Assembly (NCBI RefSeq): GCF_009914755.1
Contig: NC_060925.1
Origin: the human T2T-CHM13v2.0 reference genome, Homo sapiens
Length of the DNA: 64,000 nucleotides
Direction: 5' to 3' (one strand)
Each line of letters starts with the position of its first letter. The stretch's first letter is position 1. The notes beneath the pieces are model-generated. The model saw only the letters and a list, made by a program, of their open reading frames with translations. It was not told where the DNA came from and did no database searches. This document shows, in pieces, positions 1 to 14,679 of this stretch. The translations under genes and the position numbers were made by a program.

Positions 1-171
1 ACATTCAAATTTGGGAAATGCAGAGAACCCCAGTAATATATCTCATGAGAAGATCATCTCCAAGATGTGTAATCATCAGCTTATCCGAGGTTGAAATGAA
101 AGAAAAAGTGTTAAGGGCAGCCACAGAGAAAGGCCTGGTCACCTACAATGGGAAGCCCATCAGACTAACAG
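1..171 (+). mobile_element. LINE-1 ORF1 fragment (continues left of window)
   Basis: Translation SSPRCVIISLSEVEMKEKVLRAATEKGLVTYNGKPIRLT resembles L1 ORF1p (TPRHIIVRFTKVEMKEKMLRAAREKGRVTLKGKPIRLT). Confidence 0.93.
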
Positions 172-494
172 ACCTGGCAAACCACTGGTTTAAGTCCAAG
201 GGTCCAAAAGCTGAAGAACTTATAGTCCAATGTTCAAGGGCAGGAAGCATCCAGGAAGGAAGAAAGATGAAGGTTGGAAGACTTAACAGGTCTTCTCTTT
301 TCATCTTCTCCCTGCTTTATTCTAGCTGCACTGGCAGTTGATTAGGTGGTGCCCACACACATTAAGGGTGGGTCTGCTTCTTCCAGTCCACTGACTCAAA
401 TGTTAATCTCCTTTGGCAACACCATCACGGACACACCTATGAACAATACTTTGCATCCTTCAATCCAATCAAGTTGACAATATTAACCATCACA
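172..494 (-). mobile_element. MLT2A-type (HERV-L) LTR, partial
   Basis: Ends ...caatccaatcaagttgacaatattaaccatcaca, the reverse complement of the MLT2 start TGTGATGGTTAATA...TCAACTTGATTGGATTG. Body matches MLT2A (ccaaaagctgaagaact, ccagtccactgactcaaatgttaatctcc). Confidence 0.88.
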
Positions 495-2815
495 GGCAGT
501 AATAAATAGCCTACCAATGAAAAAATGTCCAGGACCAGATGGATTCACAGCTGAATTCTACTAGATGTACAAAGAAGAGCTGGGACCATTCCTACTAGAA
601 CTATTTCAAAAAATTGAAAAGGAAAGGCTTCTCCCTAACTCATTCTATGCCAAATGATGCCAAAACCTGGCAAAGACACAATGAAAAAAGAAAACTTTAG
701 GCCAGCATCTTTGATGAGCATCAGTACAAAAATCCTCAATAAAGTACTGGCAAACCGAATCCAGCAGCACATCAAGAAGCTTATCCACCACAATCAAGTA
801 GGCTTCATCCCCAGGGTGAAAGGTTGGTTCAACATACATAAATCAATAAATGTGATTCATCACATAAATAGAGCTAAAGACAAAAATTATATGATAATCT
901 CAATAGATGCAGAAAATGCTTACAATACAATTCAACATCCCTTCATGTTAAAAATTCTCAATAAACTAGGTATTGAAGGAACATAACTCTCAATAATAAG
1001 CACCATCTATGACAAACCTACAGACAACATCATACTAAATGTTCAAGAACTGGAAGCATTCCCCTTGAAAACCAGCACAAGACAAGGATGCCCTCTCTCA
1101 CCACTTTTATTCAATATAGTATTGGAAGTTCTAGCCAGAGTAATCAGGCAAGAGAAAGGAAAAAAGGCATTCAAATAGAAAGAGAGGAAGTCAAACTATC
1201 TCTGTTTGCAGATGACATGATTCTGTGTAAAGAAAACTCCAAAGTCTTGGCCCCAAAACTTCTTCAGCTGACAGACTACTTCAACAAACTTTCAGGATAC
1301 AAAATCAGTGTACAAAAATCACTAGCATACCTATACACCAATAATAACCAAATTGAGAGCCAAATCAGAAAGGTGACCTCATTCAAAATTGTCACAAAAA
1401 CAAAAAAATATGTAGGAATACAGCTAATCAAGGAGGTGAAACATCTCTACAATGAGAATTACAAAACACTGCTCAAAGAAATCAGAGAAGATACAATTGA
1501 ATGGAAAAATACCCCATGCTCATTGATAGGAAAAATCAATATCATTATAATGGCTACATTGCTAAAGGCCATTTGTAGATTCAATGTTATTTTTATGAAA
1601 CTGCCAATGACATGCTTTACAGAACTAGAAAAAATTATTTTAAATTTTATATGGAAACAAAAAAGAGTAGAATAGCCCAGGCAATATTAAGCAAAAGGAA
1701 CAAAGCTGGAAGAATCACATTACCCAATGTCAAACTATACTACAAAGCTACAGTGACCAAAATGGCATGATACTGGTACAAAAACAGGCACATAGGCCAA
1801 TGGAACAGAATAGAGAGCTGAGAAATAAGGCCACACACCTACAACTACCAGATCTTTGACATAGCTGACAAAAACAAGCAATGGGGAAAGGACTTCCTAT
1901 TCAATAAATGGTGCTTGGATAACTAGCTTGCCATATGCAGAAGACTGAAGTTGGACCCTTTCCTTAGACCATATACCAAAATTAACTCAAAATGGATTAA
2001 AGACTTTAATGTAAAACTCAAAACTATAAAAACACTGGAAGGCAGCCTAGGCAATACCATCCTGGACATAGGAACAGGCAAAGATTTCATGACAATGACA
2101 CCAAAAGCAATTGCACCAACAGCAAAATTGACAAATGGGATCTAATTAAACTTAAGAGCTTCTGCACAGTAAAAGAAAATATCAACAGAGTAAACAGACA
2201 ACCTAAAGAATGGGAGAAAAATTTTGCAAACTACCAAACTATACATCTGACAAAGGTCTAATATCCAGTATCTATAGAGAGTTAAACAAATTTAACAAGA
2301 AAAAAGAAATTTAAAAATGGGCAAAGGACATGAACAGACACTTCTCAAAAGGAGACATATATGCAGGCAACAATCATATGAAAAAAAGCTCAATATCACT
2401 GATCAAGAAATGCAAATTAAAGCCACAATGAGATACCATTTCACACTAGTCAGAATGGCTATCATAAAAAATTTTAAAAAAAATTAAAAAAAGGAACCCC
2501 GATACACTGTTGATGGGTGTGTAAATTAGTTCAATCATTGTGGAAAGCAGTTTGGCAATTCCTTAAAGACCTAAAAGCAGAACTACCATTCTACATAGCA
2601 ATCCACTACTGGGTATATACCCAGAGGAATATAAAGCATTCCACGTAAAGATACTGTTCACAATAGCAAAGACACGAATCAACCTAAGTGGCCATCCGTG
2701 ACAGACTGGATACAGAAAATGTGGTATATATACATCATGGAATATTATGCAGCCATAAGAAAGAATAAGATCATGTCTTTTGTGGGAGCATGAATGGTGT
2801 TGGAGGCTATCATCC
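495..2815 (+). pseudogene. Disrupted L1 ORF2 (RT domain and C-terminus); ORF fragments 654-986, 1088-1675, 1951-2145
   Basis: Motifs [28 protein letters not shown] and the RT catalytic LFADDMIL are present but split by stops and frameshifts. The endonuclease domain is absent. Confidence 0.92.
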
Positions 2816-3120
2816 TTAGCACACTAACACAGGAACAAAAAATCATATACCACATGGTCTCACTTATAAGTGGGAGCGAAATGATGATGGACACAAAGAA
2901 GAAAACAACAGACACTAGGTTCTACTTGATGGGGGAGGGTGGAGTAGGGAGAGGAGCAGAAAAGTAACTATCGGGTACTGAGCTTAATGCCTGTGTGATA
3001 TAATAATATGTACAACAAACGAAGTGTTTATGTAACAAGGCTTCACATGTGCCCCCAAACTTAAACTAAACATTGAAAAAAACAACAATAACACATAAAA
3101 AATAGTTCCCTTAAAAAAAG
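495..3120 (+). mobile_element. LINE-1 ORF2 and 3' UTR with A-rich tail, L1PA15/16-like
   Basis: Continuous L1 ORF2 homology from AVINSLP..K.PGPDGFTAEFY onward. 3' UTR gagaggagcagaaaagtaactatcgggtactgagcttaatgcc is typical of older L1PA. A-rich end at about 3075-3120. Confidence 0.93.
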
Positions 3121-3591
3121 AAAATCATATATACACTTTAGACAGAGAGATGTGAACTAGATAGATACATAGAAAGATATAGATGTAGATGCAAACTTAT
3201 ATAGCAATATGAATATATGGATAGTGTTATGGGTTGAATTGTGTTTTCCAAAAGCGTACATGTTGAAGCCCTAACCTTTAGTGCCTCAAAATGGGACTTT
3301 ATTGGAAATAAGGACTTGGTAGATATAATTTGTTAAAATGAGGTCATACTGGAGTAGGATAATCCCCTAGTCCAATATGACAGGTGTCCTTATAAAAGGA
3401 GAAATTTGGACACAGACATGAATGAGCATTGGGAGAATGTCAGGTGAACACGAAAGCAGAGATTACAGTGATATATCTGGAAGCCAAAGAACACCAAAGA
3501 CTGCCTGAAAACTACCAGAAAATAGAGGGACATGGGACATATTCTCCCTTACAGTCAATTGAAGGAACCACATTTAGCTACCAGAACTGAG

Positions 3592-4763
<1,172 letters not shown>

Positions 4764-5911
4764 AGAGAAAATACATTTCTCTTTCTTAAGCTACCCAATT
4801 TGTTGTACTTTTTTTAGGGCAGCCTTAGCAAACTAAAGTAGATAGTTATACGAGCACACATATACACTCCAATGTAAAAATAATAGCATACTTCAAAATA
4901 GGATGAAAACAGTAAGACAGTACAACTGTAATGATTTGACTTGGGTTTCTTTCAGTGTATATTGATATAACAGAAATGAAAACTGATTCTCATTGAGAGG
5001 GTATTCTCCAATTGAGCATCCATGTTGTCATGACATATATGAGGTTGAATCAGCTAAGCTCCAAGCTGAATAAATCCCTGAAACATAAACAATTTCTATT
5101 AGGATGTCTGTGTGCCTGAACCCAGATCCTAAGTCTCTTACCACATTTACCCTTTGTTACTCACACCACAGGGATTCTCAACTCTGAAAACTCTAAAAAC
5201 TTTCCTGTTCCTGTTTAGGTTTCTAAACTTTGTATTCCAAAAGAGCTCTGATGAGGTCCAGCCCAAATTCAGCTTCTCTGACCTTAGTTCCTTCCCACTT
5301 TTGCACTATACTTGTCTGTATTGTAGATTATTTTCCACAAAACTCTTTGAGATCTTCTGTAACTTCTCATCCTGTTTTTCAAATTCCATCAAAAACACTT
5401 TGCCTCCTATTTTATGAAGAAAACAAAGGCTGAAATCTAAGCTCATTCTACTTCCTCCACTTTGCCTTTCCTGAGGTTGATTGATTGGTTACTTTAATAA
5501 TCCTAGATTTCCTGCTTAGAAAGACCATTTTCTTTCTGAGTTCTCATCTTGCAATTCTAGGTTCTCTTTAACTGCAGGACGCTAACACATTTATAGCTCT
5601 ATTTCTCTTATATTCAGTATCTCCATTTCTCCTACCAACAACATGCATTCTGCTTATCCTAGAGTGTCTTTCCTGTACCATCTTATTGGTTAAGACAAAG
5701 TAATGAGTCTGGAGCAGGTGAGGAACAAGTCATATAATAATAGAAAAAGATAATTTGACTCCATGAAGCGAATTAAAAATAATTTACCCTCAAGTCTTTA
5801 TTTCATAAATAAAGAAATCAGGCAGATAAAATATCCAGCCGAAGAAGTTTTGTTTTGTTTTTGTTGTTGTTGTTTTAAAAGTATTCTTTGAAAAATCTCA
5901 AAATCATCTCT

Positions 5912-5985
5912 TAGGCAAACCTGCAAGTTAATCTATCAATTGACGAAATAGGCAAACCTAAAAGTTAATCTATCAATTGACAAAA
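5912..5985. repeat. 37-bp tandem duplication
   Basis: taggcaaacctgcaagttaatctatcaattgacgaaa followed by taggcaaacctaaaagttaatctatcaattgacaaaa. Confidence 0.92.
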
Positions 5986-6074
5986 ATAAAAAATAATTCA
6001 AGAAAAGCCACTAAGGAAATGGGAGTTTGAATGCTGAACTAGATATTAGTTATTTTTCAAAACATGTTATTAAA

Positions 6075-6292
6075 CAAATATTTATTGGCTAGAATATGTA
6101 AGGCATTCTGCTATGTACATTATACGCACTACCTTGTTTGACTCTCACTGCAACTCTGTGAATTAAGTAGTATTATTATTCCCATTCTAAACATAAAGAA
6201 ACTCATGCTTAATTTAAGTAACTTGCTGTGGTCACAAAGCTTGTAGATTTATGAATAAGGACTTAAATTCCATTCTATCCAGCATCAAAGTT
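6075..6292 (-). mobile_element. MIR SINE
   Basis: Reverse MIR core: attattattcccattctaaacataaagaaactcatgc...ttaagtaacttgctgtggtcacaaagct. Confidence 0.75.
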
Positions 6293-6535
6293 CTTCTCTG
6301 ACCAACAGTTACAACCAACACTACCTACCTGGCACTAAACTCAATTATTTTTCCCTGACCATGTGGTTAGATAACTAGGGAGTGTGTGTGTCCTGTGAGT
6401 CTACTGTGATGGGGTGGAGGAGGAGGGAAGGTAAGAAAGCTGTGGTGAGGCATGAGAAAGAGTGCATATTTGTTTTCAAAGGGGAGAATGAATTTACTCC
6501 AAGCCACCATCCTTAAATGTATTTCAGAGATACTT

Positions 6536-6583
6536 TTCTTTCCTTTCTTTCTTTCTTTCTTTCTTTTTCTTTCTTTCTTTTTT

Positions 6584-6659
<76 letters not shown>

Positions 6660-6695
6660 TATTTCTTTCCCTCTCTCTCTCTCTCTTTCTTTTTG
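6536..6695. repeat. (TTTC)n/(CT)n microsatellite derived from the Alu tail
   Basis: About 19 uninterrupted TTTC units at 6582-6657, lying inside the Alu TSDs. Confidence 0.97.
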
Positions 6696-6964
6696 TTTGA
6701 TGGAATCTCACTCTGGAGTGCAGTGATGAGATCTTGGCTCACTGCAACCTCCTCCTCCAAGGTTCAAGTGATTCTCCTGCCTCAGCCTCCTGAGTAGCTG
6801 GGACTGCAGGTGTGCACCACCACTCCTGGCTAATTTTAGTATTTTTAATAGAGACGGGGTTTCACCATTTTGGCCAAGCTAGTCTTGAACTCCTGACCTC
6901 ATGATCCGCCCACCTTGGCCTCCCAAAGTGCTGCGGTTACAGGCATGAGCCACCGTGCCCGGCT
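6696..6964 (-). mobile_element. Alu (AluSg-like)
   Basis: Reverse Alu with cctgacctcatgatccgccc. TSD gagatactt at 6527-6535 and 6965-6973. Small internal deletion near 6712. Confidence 0.95.
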
Positions 6965-7599
6965 GAGATACTTATTTTTTATGTGACTTGACGAAGTTTA
7001 AAATTCAGTTTTTAGTTGTGAAAGATTGTCCCATCCCAGATGGGAATGATATTTCTAACCACGGCCTCATTAACACCTTCCCAATTAAGTTTAAAATCTA
7101 AAAAGAGTGAGAAATATTCCTAAACAGCAAAAATATTTTGATTCATGTCATAAAAAAGGAACATATTCAGAGAGTAAAAAAGCACTTATTGATGCTCTTA
7201 AATCTTCAGCCATCAAGGGGGAGAGTCTCTGAAGCATGGGAACCAAACAAGAGGTCACATTGATTTCCTGCCAGCGTTCACAGGTTAACCACCAGAAACA
7301 TGGCAATGATTATCAATGGGACTGTATGCTCTGTAAAATAAGTAGCATCAAGGTTATTTAAAATTTTCCAGGCTTCTCCTCTCCATCTTGAAAGCTGTTG
7401 GTATGCAATACAATTTTCAAGGCCAATGTTACCTACTTCAGGACAGGAAAATAAATGTGAAGCTCTATAGCATTATTTGTCGGTCATATTCTATAAAGAA
7501 ATTTGAAAAGTTTAGTTCTTCCAGAATTGCTTTAAACCTCTAGGGAAGAAAAAAACCTCATTGGACATCTGTTTGCACAAGAACTTAATTCTCCTTAGA

Positions 7600-7737
7600 A
7601 ACTTGCCACTAAATACTTAGGTGGCTTTGGCAAATTTGACAGTAATCTTTTTAAACCATAGTTTCCCCATTTGTAACATGAAGAGTTAAGGGATCAAATT
7701 AGTTTTATTACTTTGTCCAGGTCTAAAATGTCATAAT
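7600..7737 (+). mobile_element. MIR3-like SINE fragment
   Basis: gccactaaatacttaggtggctttggcaaat...agtttccccatttgtaacatgaag...tccaggtctaaaatgtcat. Confidence 0.55.
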
Positions 7738-8339
7738 AAATACCATGCCATGACAAATAACTGATGATATTTTAACTCATATGATTCATACCATGTCACT
7801 AGATTTTTTTCAAATTCCATTTATGCCGAACATAGAAGAAGAAGGCAACTTTGAGACACAGATCACTTGTCTTCAGGATGAAAGACAAATTAGATTTCCA
7901 AAAATTTCTGTCTTCCCATTCCTGGTTTTCCAGGGGAAAATGGCTGAGGGTGAGCACAGGGAACATCACTAAGGGAGGCAAATGATGGTGGTAGCTGTAG
8001 TGAAATCCCTCTTCTGATCATGATTGTGTCCCAAGTGTTTCCCAGTGTAAGAGGGAGGCTCAAATATGATATTACTGAACACTTCTGGGATGATTAACAA
8101 TATAAATGCTTGTAGTTTAAATTCTCATCCAAACCTCTATGTGCCCTCTTCGTTACAGAGTTGGTGGAATAGTGCTCATTCTACCCCACCTGAACTACAT
8201 CTTTACTCAAAATTTTTGTGCGCCTCTTCTGTATAGCTTTTTACCAACACGGACTGAATCTTATTTTTAAAGTCTAAAATAAAGAAGTTATTACTATGTC
8301 AGCAAAAACAATTATTCACAGATTGTGAGGCTAACATAT

Positions 8340-9100
8340 AAATCAGTCAGGAGTCAATTGGAGAAGTAAGAGTACTAAGATATATATACACACAAACACG
8401 TTATGTATTGTAATTGTCCTACTTATAAGTAAATGTATGCATATGTTACTGTATGTATGTACGTATGCATATGTATACATATGCACATGCATACATACAT
8501 ATATATAAGTATACACACACATGCATACATACACATGCACACATACACACACAGAAAGGATTCTGTTACAAGGATTTTACCTTACACAATTGTAGGAGCT
8601 GGCTAAGCAGTTTCTGTAAAGCTGTCATCTGTGCATCTGATGCTGTTGGTACTTGAAGACTACAGGGCAGGCAACAGAAAAGGAAAGATGAATGTAAAAC
8701 GGAGAAGTGCAAGAGCAAGCTAGAGCCCACAAGCACAAGTTGTCTTGGCATGGATTAAACCTCATATCAGTCTTGTTGCCTCTGATCTTGAGGGTATGGC
8801 TGTCCTGCAGATTCTGGGCTCCTTCTTATGAAGCTAAAAATACACCTGGCCCAGAATTGAGAAGAGCTATAGGAAGATCTAGAGGAAGATGAAACAGCTG
8901 GAGGTCTGGTCTCTGGCTTACACTATGGTGAGCAGTGTGTGTGTGCTACAAAATGATCGCAACTTCACTTTCACCTTCCCACAAGATCTCCCACAAGAAT
9001 CTCTCTTGTGACCCATGTTTACCAAAAGCAAACTATGAAAGGGATTTTTAGGAAATGAAATTCAGCCTAGTTAAATTGAAATGTTACAAAGCCACTATTA
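8340..9100 (-). mobile_element. Old MLT2 (MLT2F-like, ERVL) solo LTR
   Basis: cagtcaggagtcaattggagaag...acaattgtaggagctggctaagca. Right end ggaaatgaaattcagcctagttaaattgaaatgttacaaagccacta matches the reverse of the MLT2F start. Confidence 0.7.
8435..8552. repeat. (TATG)n/(CATA)n/(CA)n alternating purine-pyrimidine tract
   Basis: Seen directly; sits at the microsatellite-prone position of MLT2 LTRs. Confidence 0.9.
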
Positions 9101-9159
9101 AGATGCTTTATTGACAACAGCAATATACTGCTAACATAGGAATTATGCCTTGCTGAAAA

Positions 9160-9300
9160 CTGAGCATGTATCAGGCATTCTGCTGGGTAGTTTATATAGA
9201 TGATTTCAAATAGTCCTCATCTTACCAATTGAGCTAAGTATTCTTATCTCCATTTTAAAGATGAGAAGACTGAGAACCAGAGACAATACAAACTCTCTGA
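9160..9300 (-). mobile_element. MIR fragment
   Basis: tatctccattttaaagatgagaagactgagaaccagaga core. Confidence 0.7.
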
Positions 9301-9389
9301 GATAATAGGGGTAGTATGATTTTAGAATCTTTTTCTGTCTCACTCTACCATGAGTTTATATGTTTTAATTATTCCATGTAGGATGGAGA

Positions 9390-9635
9390 TGATGGTAATA
9401 ACCAGCATCTAATCATGAGTACTATTTTGGCAGGTGCTGTGCTGAGTACTTTACATTCACTACCTTACTTAAACTTTACATATCTATGAAATAGATACTT
9501 TTATTCTATTTCACAGATAAAAGAAGAGAGGATTTGATAGGTTAAATAAACTTTCCCCAAATCACAGAAGTGGTAAGTGATTGACCCAGAACTGTGTCCA
9601 AATTTGTCTAGCTTCAAAGCCAATGTGCTTAACAG
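9390..9635 (-). mobile_element. MIR (near full length)
   Basis: ggtgctgtgctgagtactttaca...tttcacagataaaagaa...ggttaaataaactttccccaaatcacag...cttcaaagccaatgtgcttaac. Confidence 0.75.
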
Positions 9636-10281
9636 ATGTCAGGTTAATGGACTTAAGTCTAATATGTACTTTTGTTTGTTTAAAATGTTCTATACCCAAA
9701 AGATATAGGTACAGATTTAAAAAATAGTAGCAGAATGAAATTCTCCAATCTCTTTCTCTCTATCTCTCCATCTAATCATCATCTCTCCCAGTTTAAAAAA
9801 GTAGTTTCTCAGCATCTTGGAAGCCCTCTGAGTGCCTCTCCCCAATATTATCATCCACCTTTCTCCCTAGAAGTAACTAAAAACATTCACATTTTATTAA
9901 TCATCTCCTTTTGTCTAAAGTTTTACATGTCTACTTAGTTTCATTTTATGTATTTTTTTGAAATTTAAATGAAATAAACCATGTCATATGCATTTTTCTG
10001 TGACTTCTTTAACTCAGAATTAAGTATGTGAAATTCCTCTAACTTGCTAGTTACTGTAATTGATTCATTTTCCCAGCTGCGTAGTTTCCCAGTATATTAA
10101 TGTATTACAAATATGTGTCCATTCTGCTGTTGATTGGCATTTGGGTTGGAATATTTACTGTTACAAATAATGATCCTATTCACTTTTTAAAAACCTGTTT
10201 ATTACTGCATGTACTCAAGTGTTTCTCAATGGTGTTTTTGCAAGAGTGGACTGCTTGAAGTATAAGGCAAGCACATTTTCA

Positions 10282-10644
<363 letters not shown>

Positions 10645-11215
10645 TTAACGCTTTGAAATTTCTACCAACTGTGCTTGAGCATTCCCATGACTCTATGTAC
10701 TCTCTAACATGATATATTCAACCTTTTAATTGTTGACTGTCATTCAGTATATATGATTTAAAATTTTTAATTTGAATTTTTCTGATAATAATATTGAGAG
10801 TATTTTCATGTAATATGAGTCATGTGTTTATCTTCTAAGAAAAACTTTTTTGTCTTTTGCTAATTTTTCTAAAGGGCTCTTTATAATTTTCTTATTGATA
10901 CATAGTTTACTGTTATATGCATGTGTTAGAAATGTCTTCTCCTGGGAAGTGCTTATGCTTTCATGGGAACTTTAGATTATAACAATTCCTTAATTTTATA
11001 ATATCCTAGTTTTTCAAATTTTCTTCATGATGTGAGTGTTATATCTTCCTAAAAAAATTTGTTTTATTATACATATTAAAATATTCTACTTTATAGAGTT
11101 TTAATAAAAGTTTATTGCTTTGCCTTTTACATTTCGTTCTTCAATTCACCTGAAATTATGTATTTTCTGAAGTGGGAATCCAATTTAAAGTTTTTCAGAT
11201 AAAAAGCTAGCTTTC

Positions 11216-11554
<339 letters not shown>

Positions 11555-14500
11555 TCATAATCTATCCTTTCCCTACTGACCCCTGATGATGGCTTTGACA
11601 CAAATTATATTTACACCTTTAAGGAAGTATTTTCCTACTGATTTGCTGATAGTTTTCTCAGGAGTGAATGTTAATTTTATTGGACACTATTTCTACAACT
11701 ATCGAGATGGTTTGCCTATCATAATTTATCAGAATGGTAAATTATATTTATCATTTTAAATGCAAAATTGTCTTTGGTTTTGAAATAAACCCATATTGTT
11801 TACAATGTGTGTATATGTGTGCTTGTGTGTGTGTTTTAATACTATGTTAGATTTCATCGGGAACCATTTAGAGGTTTTCCAGATCACAACATTTTCATGA
11901 ATTTCAAATACAAAACCAGATGCGGTCTGAATTTTGGTTACAAATTTTTAGAGTAGACTATTTTTTCCTACCAGTAAAGACCATTGTTACTGAATTTCCA
12001 CTCTGAATGGTGTGTCTACTTCTTGTTTATATCGACAAGATATCCCTTTTGGTTCTCAGATTTATGAGGTGGTTTTCTATAGGACTTTTCACCTTCAATG
12101 GGCTCAAGGCTTTATCTTCTGTCCCAGTTACCTTAAAGCTGTCAAAGGGGAAACCGAAGTCATCTAGGGTTTATTTGAAGTCCTCTGACTTCCTGTGTTC
12201 ATATTAATTCTGGATTCTGTGCATTTTTTTTTCATGCTCTTTCCAGTCTCCATGAGGAGAATCATCTAGGACATTTAATCTAGCAGAGGGCTAGCAACAG
12301 CATGGTCTATATATTCAATTCAAATTAATATTGATATCTCTCAGTGATTGCAACTCCTAAAGATTCAAGATAATGAAATTCTGAAGAGCTGAATATATAT
12401 TTCCTATGATTTTAATTAAATTAGTAAAGACACTAAGAGTTTTTTGTTATAATAGCAACTCCCTAATCATATAAAGCTGCATTATTTACAAATGATAGCA
12501 CAATTTTCACGAGGTCAGCACTAATTAATATAATTCCTAGTGTTAACATTGTTTCTATCATCTGATCTACTTTGTTTGAACCTCATCGTTTCCACATCTT
12601 GCCACTGAAGCTATTCTAATTCACTGAATTTAATTGCATCTCTTTTTCTATGTTTGAAATATATTTTTCTGTTGATATCTTAATGGTGACATGGTGGCTT
12701 TTAGAAAGAATTCTTAATCAAAATGTAAAAAGGCTGCAGTTTGCTTTTATGTGTTGCATGTGTACAATATGGCAAAAATGACTTCACCACTACATAGGCT
12801 TACGTTATCTTTATTATCAAAAAATAGGACTAATTCAACATACTTGTTCCCAAGAACTAGAGCTACGTCTTTGCATAAAAAGCTAGATATTAGTCAAAAT
12901 TGCTGTATTGCCAACTCTATGGAACAGAATAACTGGCATCAGGTAGTATGAAAAGAAAGACGTAATAGATAAATAGATTGCAAATATTGTTAACTCAGTA
13001 CCTTTCTGCAGAATGACATCACCTGAGAAATTTTGTTAGCTTAGCATATCAATTGGCCTATAGTCATATTTGTGACTTCTGAAGCTTCTGTATTGTCCTT
13101 ACCTGCATCCTCTTCCTCCCATCCTAACTTTATTGACTAATTAGTGTTTTCTCTTTCACTGAGTTGGGAGGACAATAGATTCTGCCACTAACAAATATGT
13201 TCAGAGTTTATTTTGTACTTACAAATTAAAGATGGAATGGAGAAATCTCCAATTTTAATTAGTTATCTTTCTGGCTGATTTTTTTCATTAAGTTTTCTCT
13301 CTTTTCAGAAAGTGCTTTCTGAATATAATTCAGTAGGTGGGCTATTGACTATTATCATGTCTGGCAGTAGAGTATTACATTAATGCCATGCTCAGTTTTC
13401 TTGATCCTAGATAAGAAGGGGAAAGAGAGATCACTCATTGGTCTAAGGTTAAGGCAGAAACATCAGGGGCAGGTTGCTGAATTTTATGCTGGGTATTTTT
13501 ACTTTTGAGAAATCACTTAACCTCTGCTTTGATTTTTCTAGTTGTAAAGTGGGGTGTTGAAGAGGTTATACAATTTATATTCCTAAAGTACTCTTAAAAT
13601 GGAAAATGCTGTGCAGGGTGTTAATTATCTTGTCGTGTTGTTATTAATAATAATTTAAGTCATACATTTTAGAAAACGACCATCATGCCATTTTTTTGCA
13701 ACCCAGCTGATTGTTTTCCCCAAAACAGCATGCATGTTAGTATAACATAAATTCAAAGTATATAAAACATCTCTTCTGTAATTGCTAGAGGTGGTAGTAT
13801 CTAAACAACTTGTAAGCTTACATTATGTTAAGAGAAAAAATAAAGTAAAACAGATAAGAAGACATGCAGACCAGTAATACCATAACACATGTATGGCTGT
13901 GTGTGCACGTGCACATATGTTTGCTCTGCCAACTAAGAGAAATGCTGAAGGGATGTTATCTTAATGAAGGAACTAGGTCAGCAATCCTCAGTTTATTTTG
14001 ACAAACTCTGCTTTCTTCTGTCAATTCTCTTCCTCGTAGGCCAAACAGGAGGAGAATTTCAAGTGACTTTACTGTTTTGTTCAGGCAATAAAGAGAACAC
14101 ATAGGTATGTAATACCTCAGGGTACTGACAGCTCACGGGCCAAGTAATGGAACAGCTCCTATGCGTAACTCCATTTCGGTTATAAAATGACGTTAAGAGC
14201 AGCAGCATTGGCAGGATTCATGTGTTTTCTATGCCATCTGAGAAGAAATGCCCTTTCACGTGAGAAGAAATTACCCTTCTTAGAGTTCTTTAGGACATGT
14301 AGCAGGTAGGCTATGTGAGTAATCTTGAAAAGTTTACTGGACATCTGTTATCAGAAGGAGCTTCATTTGTGTAGACTAAGATAGATGTAAAATACTTCTG
14401 GAGTATCGCCAGAGTCAGATATAGAGCCTAATCTGCTCATTTCAGCTTGAGCCTATACTAATTTCTGTCCCCTGTCTCCTCAGACAACATTTATCTGAAC

Positions 14501-14679
14501 CACAGATTTTGAATCCTGAAATTCTACTCTCTGTTGCAAATCACTGTGCTTGTTTTAATGGAAAAATTATATGGTAAGATATGAAACTTGCTGAAAGCCC
14601 TTAATGTCTGAAAGTGGAGATGAGGTATGTGCATAAATGATTGCATGGGTTGAATGTTTATTTTCAAAAAACTCCATAT

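Noticed and set aside
654-2145. Functional reverse transcriptase gene
   Set aside because: These are L1 ORF2 remnants with multiple stops and frameshifts and no endonuclease domain.
6367-6726. K/E/R-rich and F/L/S-rich ORFs (also 34309-34588)
   Set aside because: Translations of (TTTC)n microsatellites.
13309-13336. Micro-exon after the strong acceptor ttttctctcttttcag
   Set aside because: The donor (gtgggc) is weak and there is no supporting reading frame.
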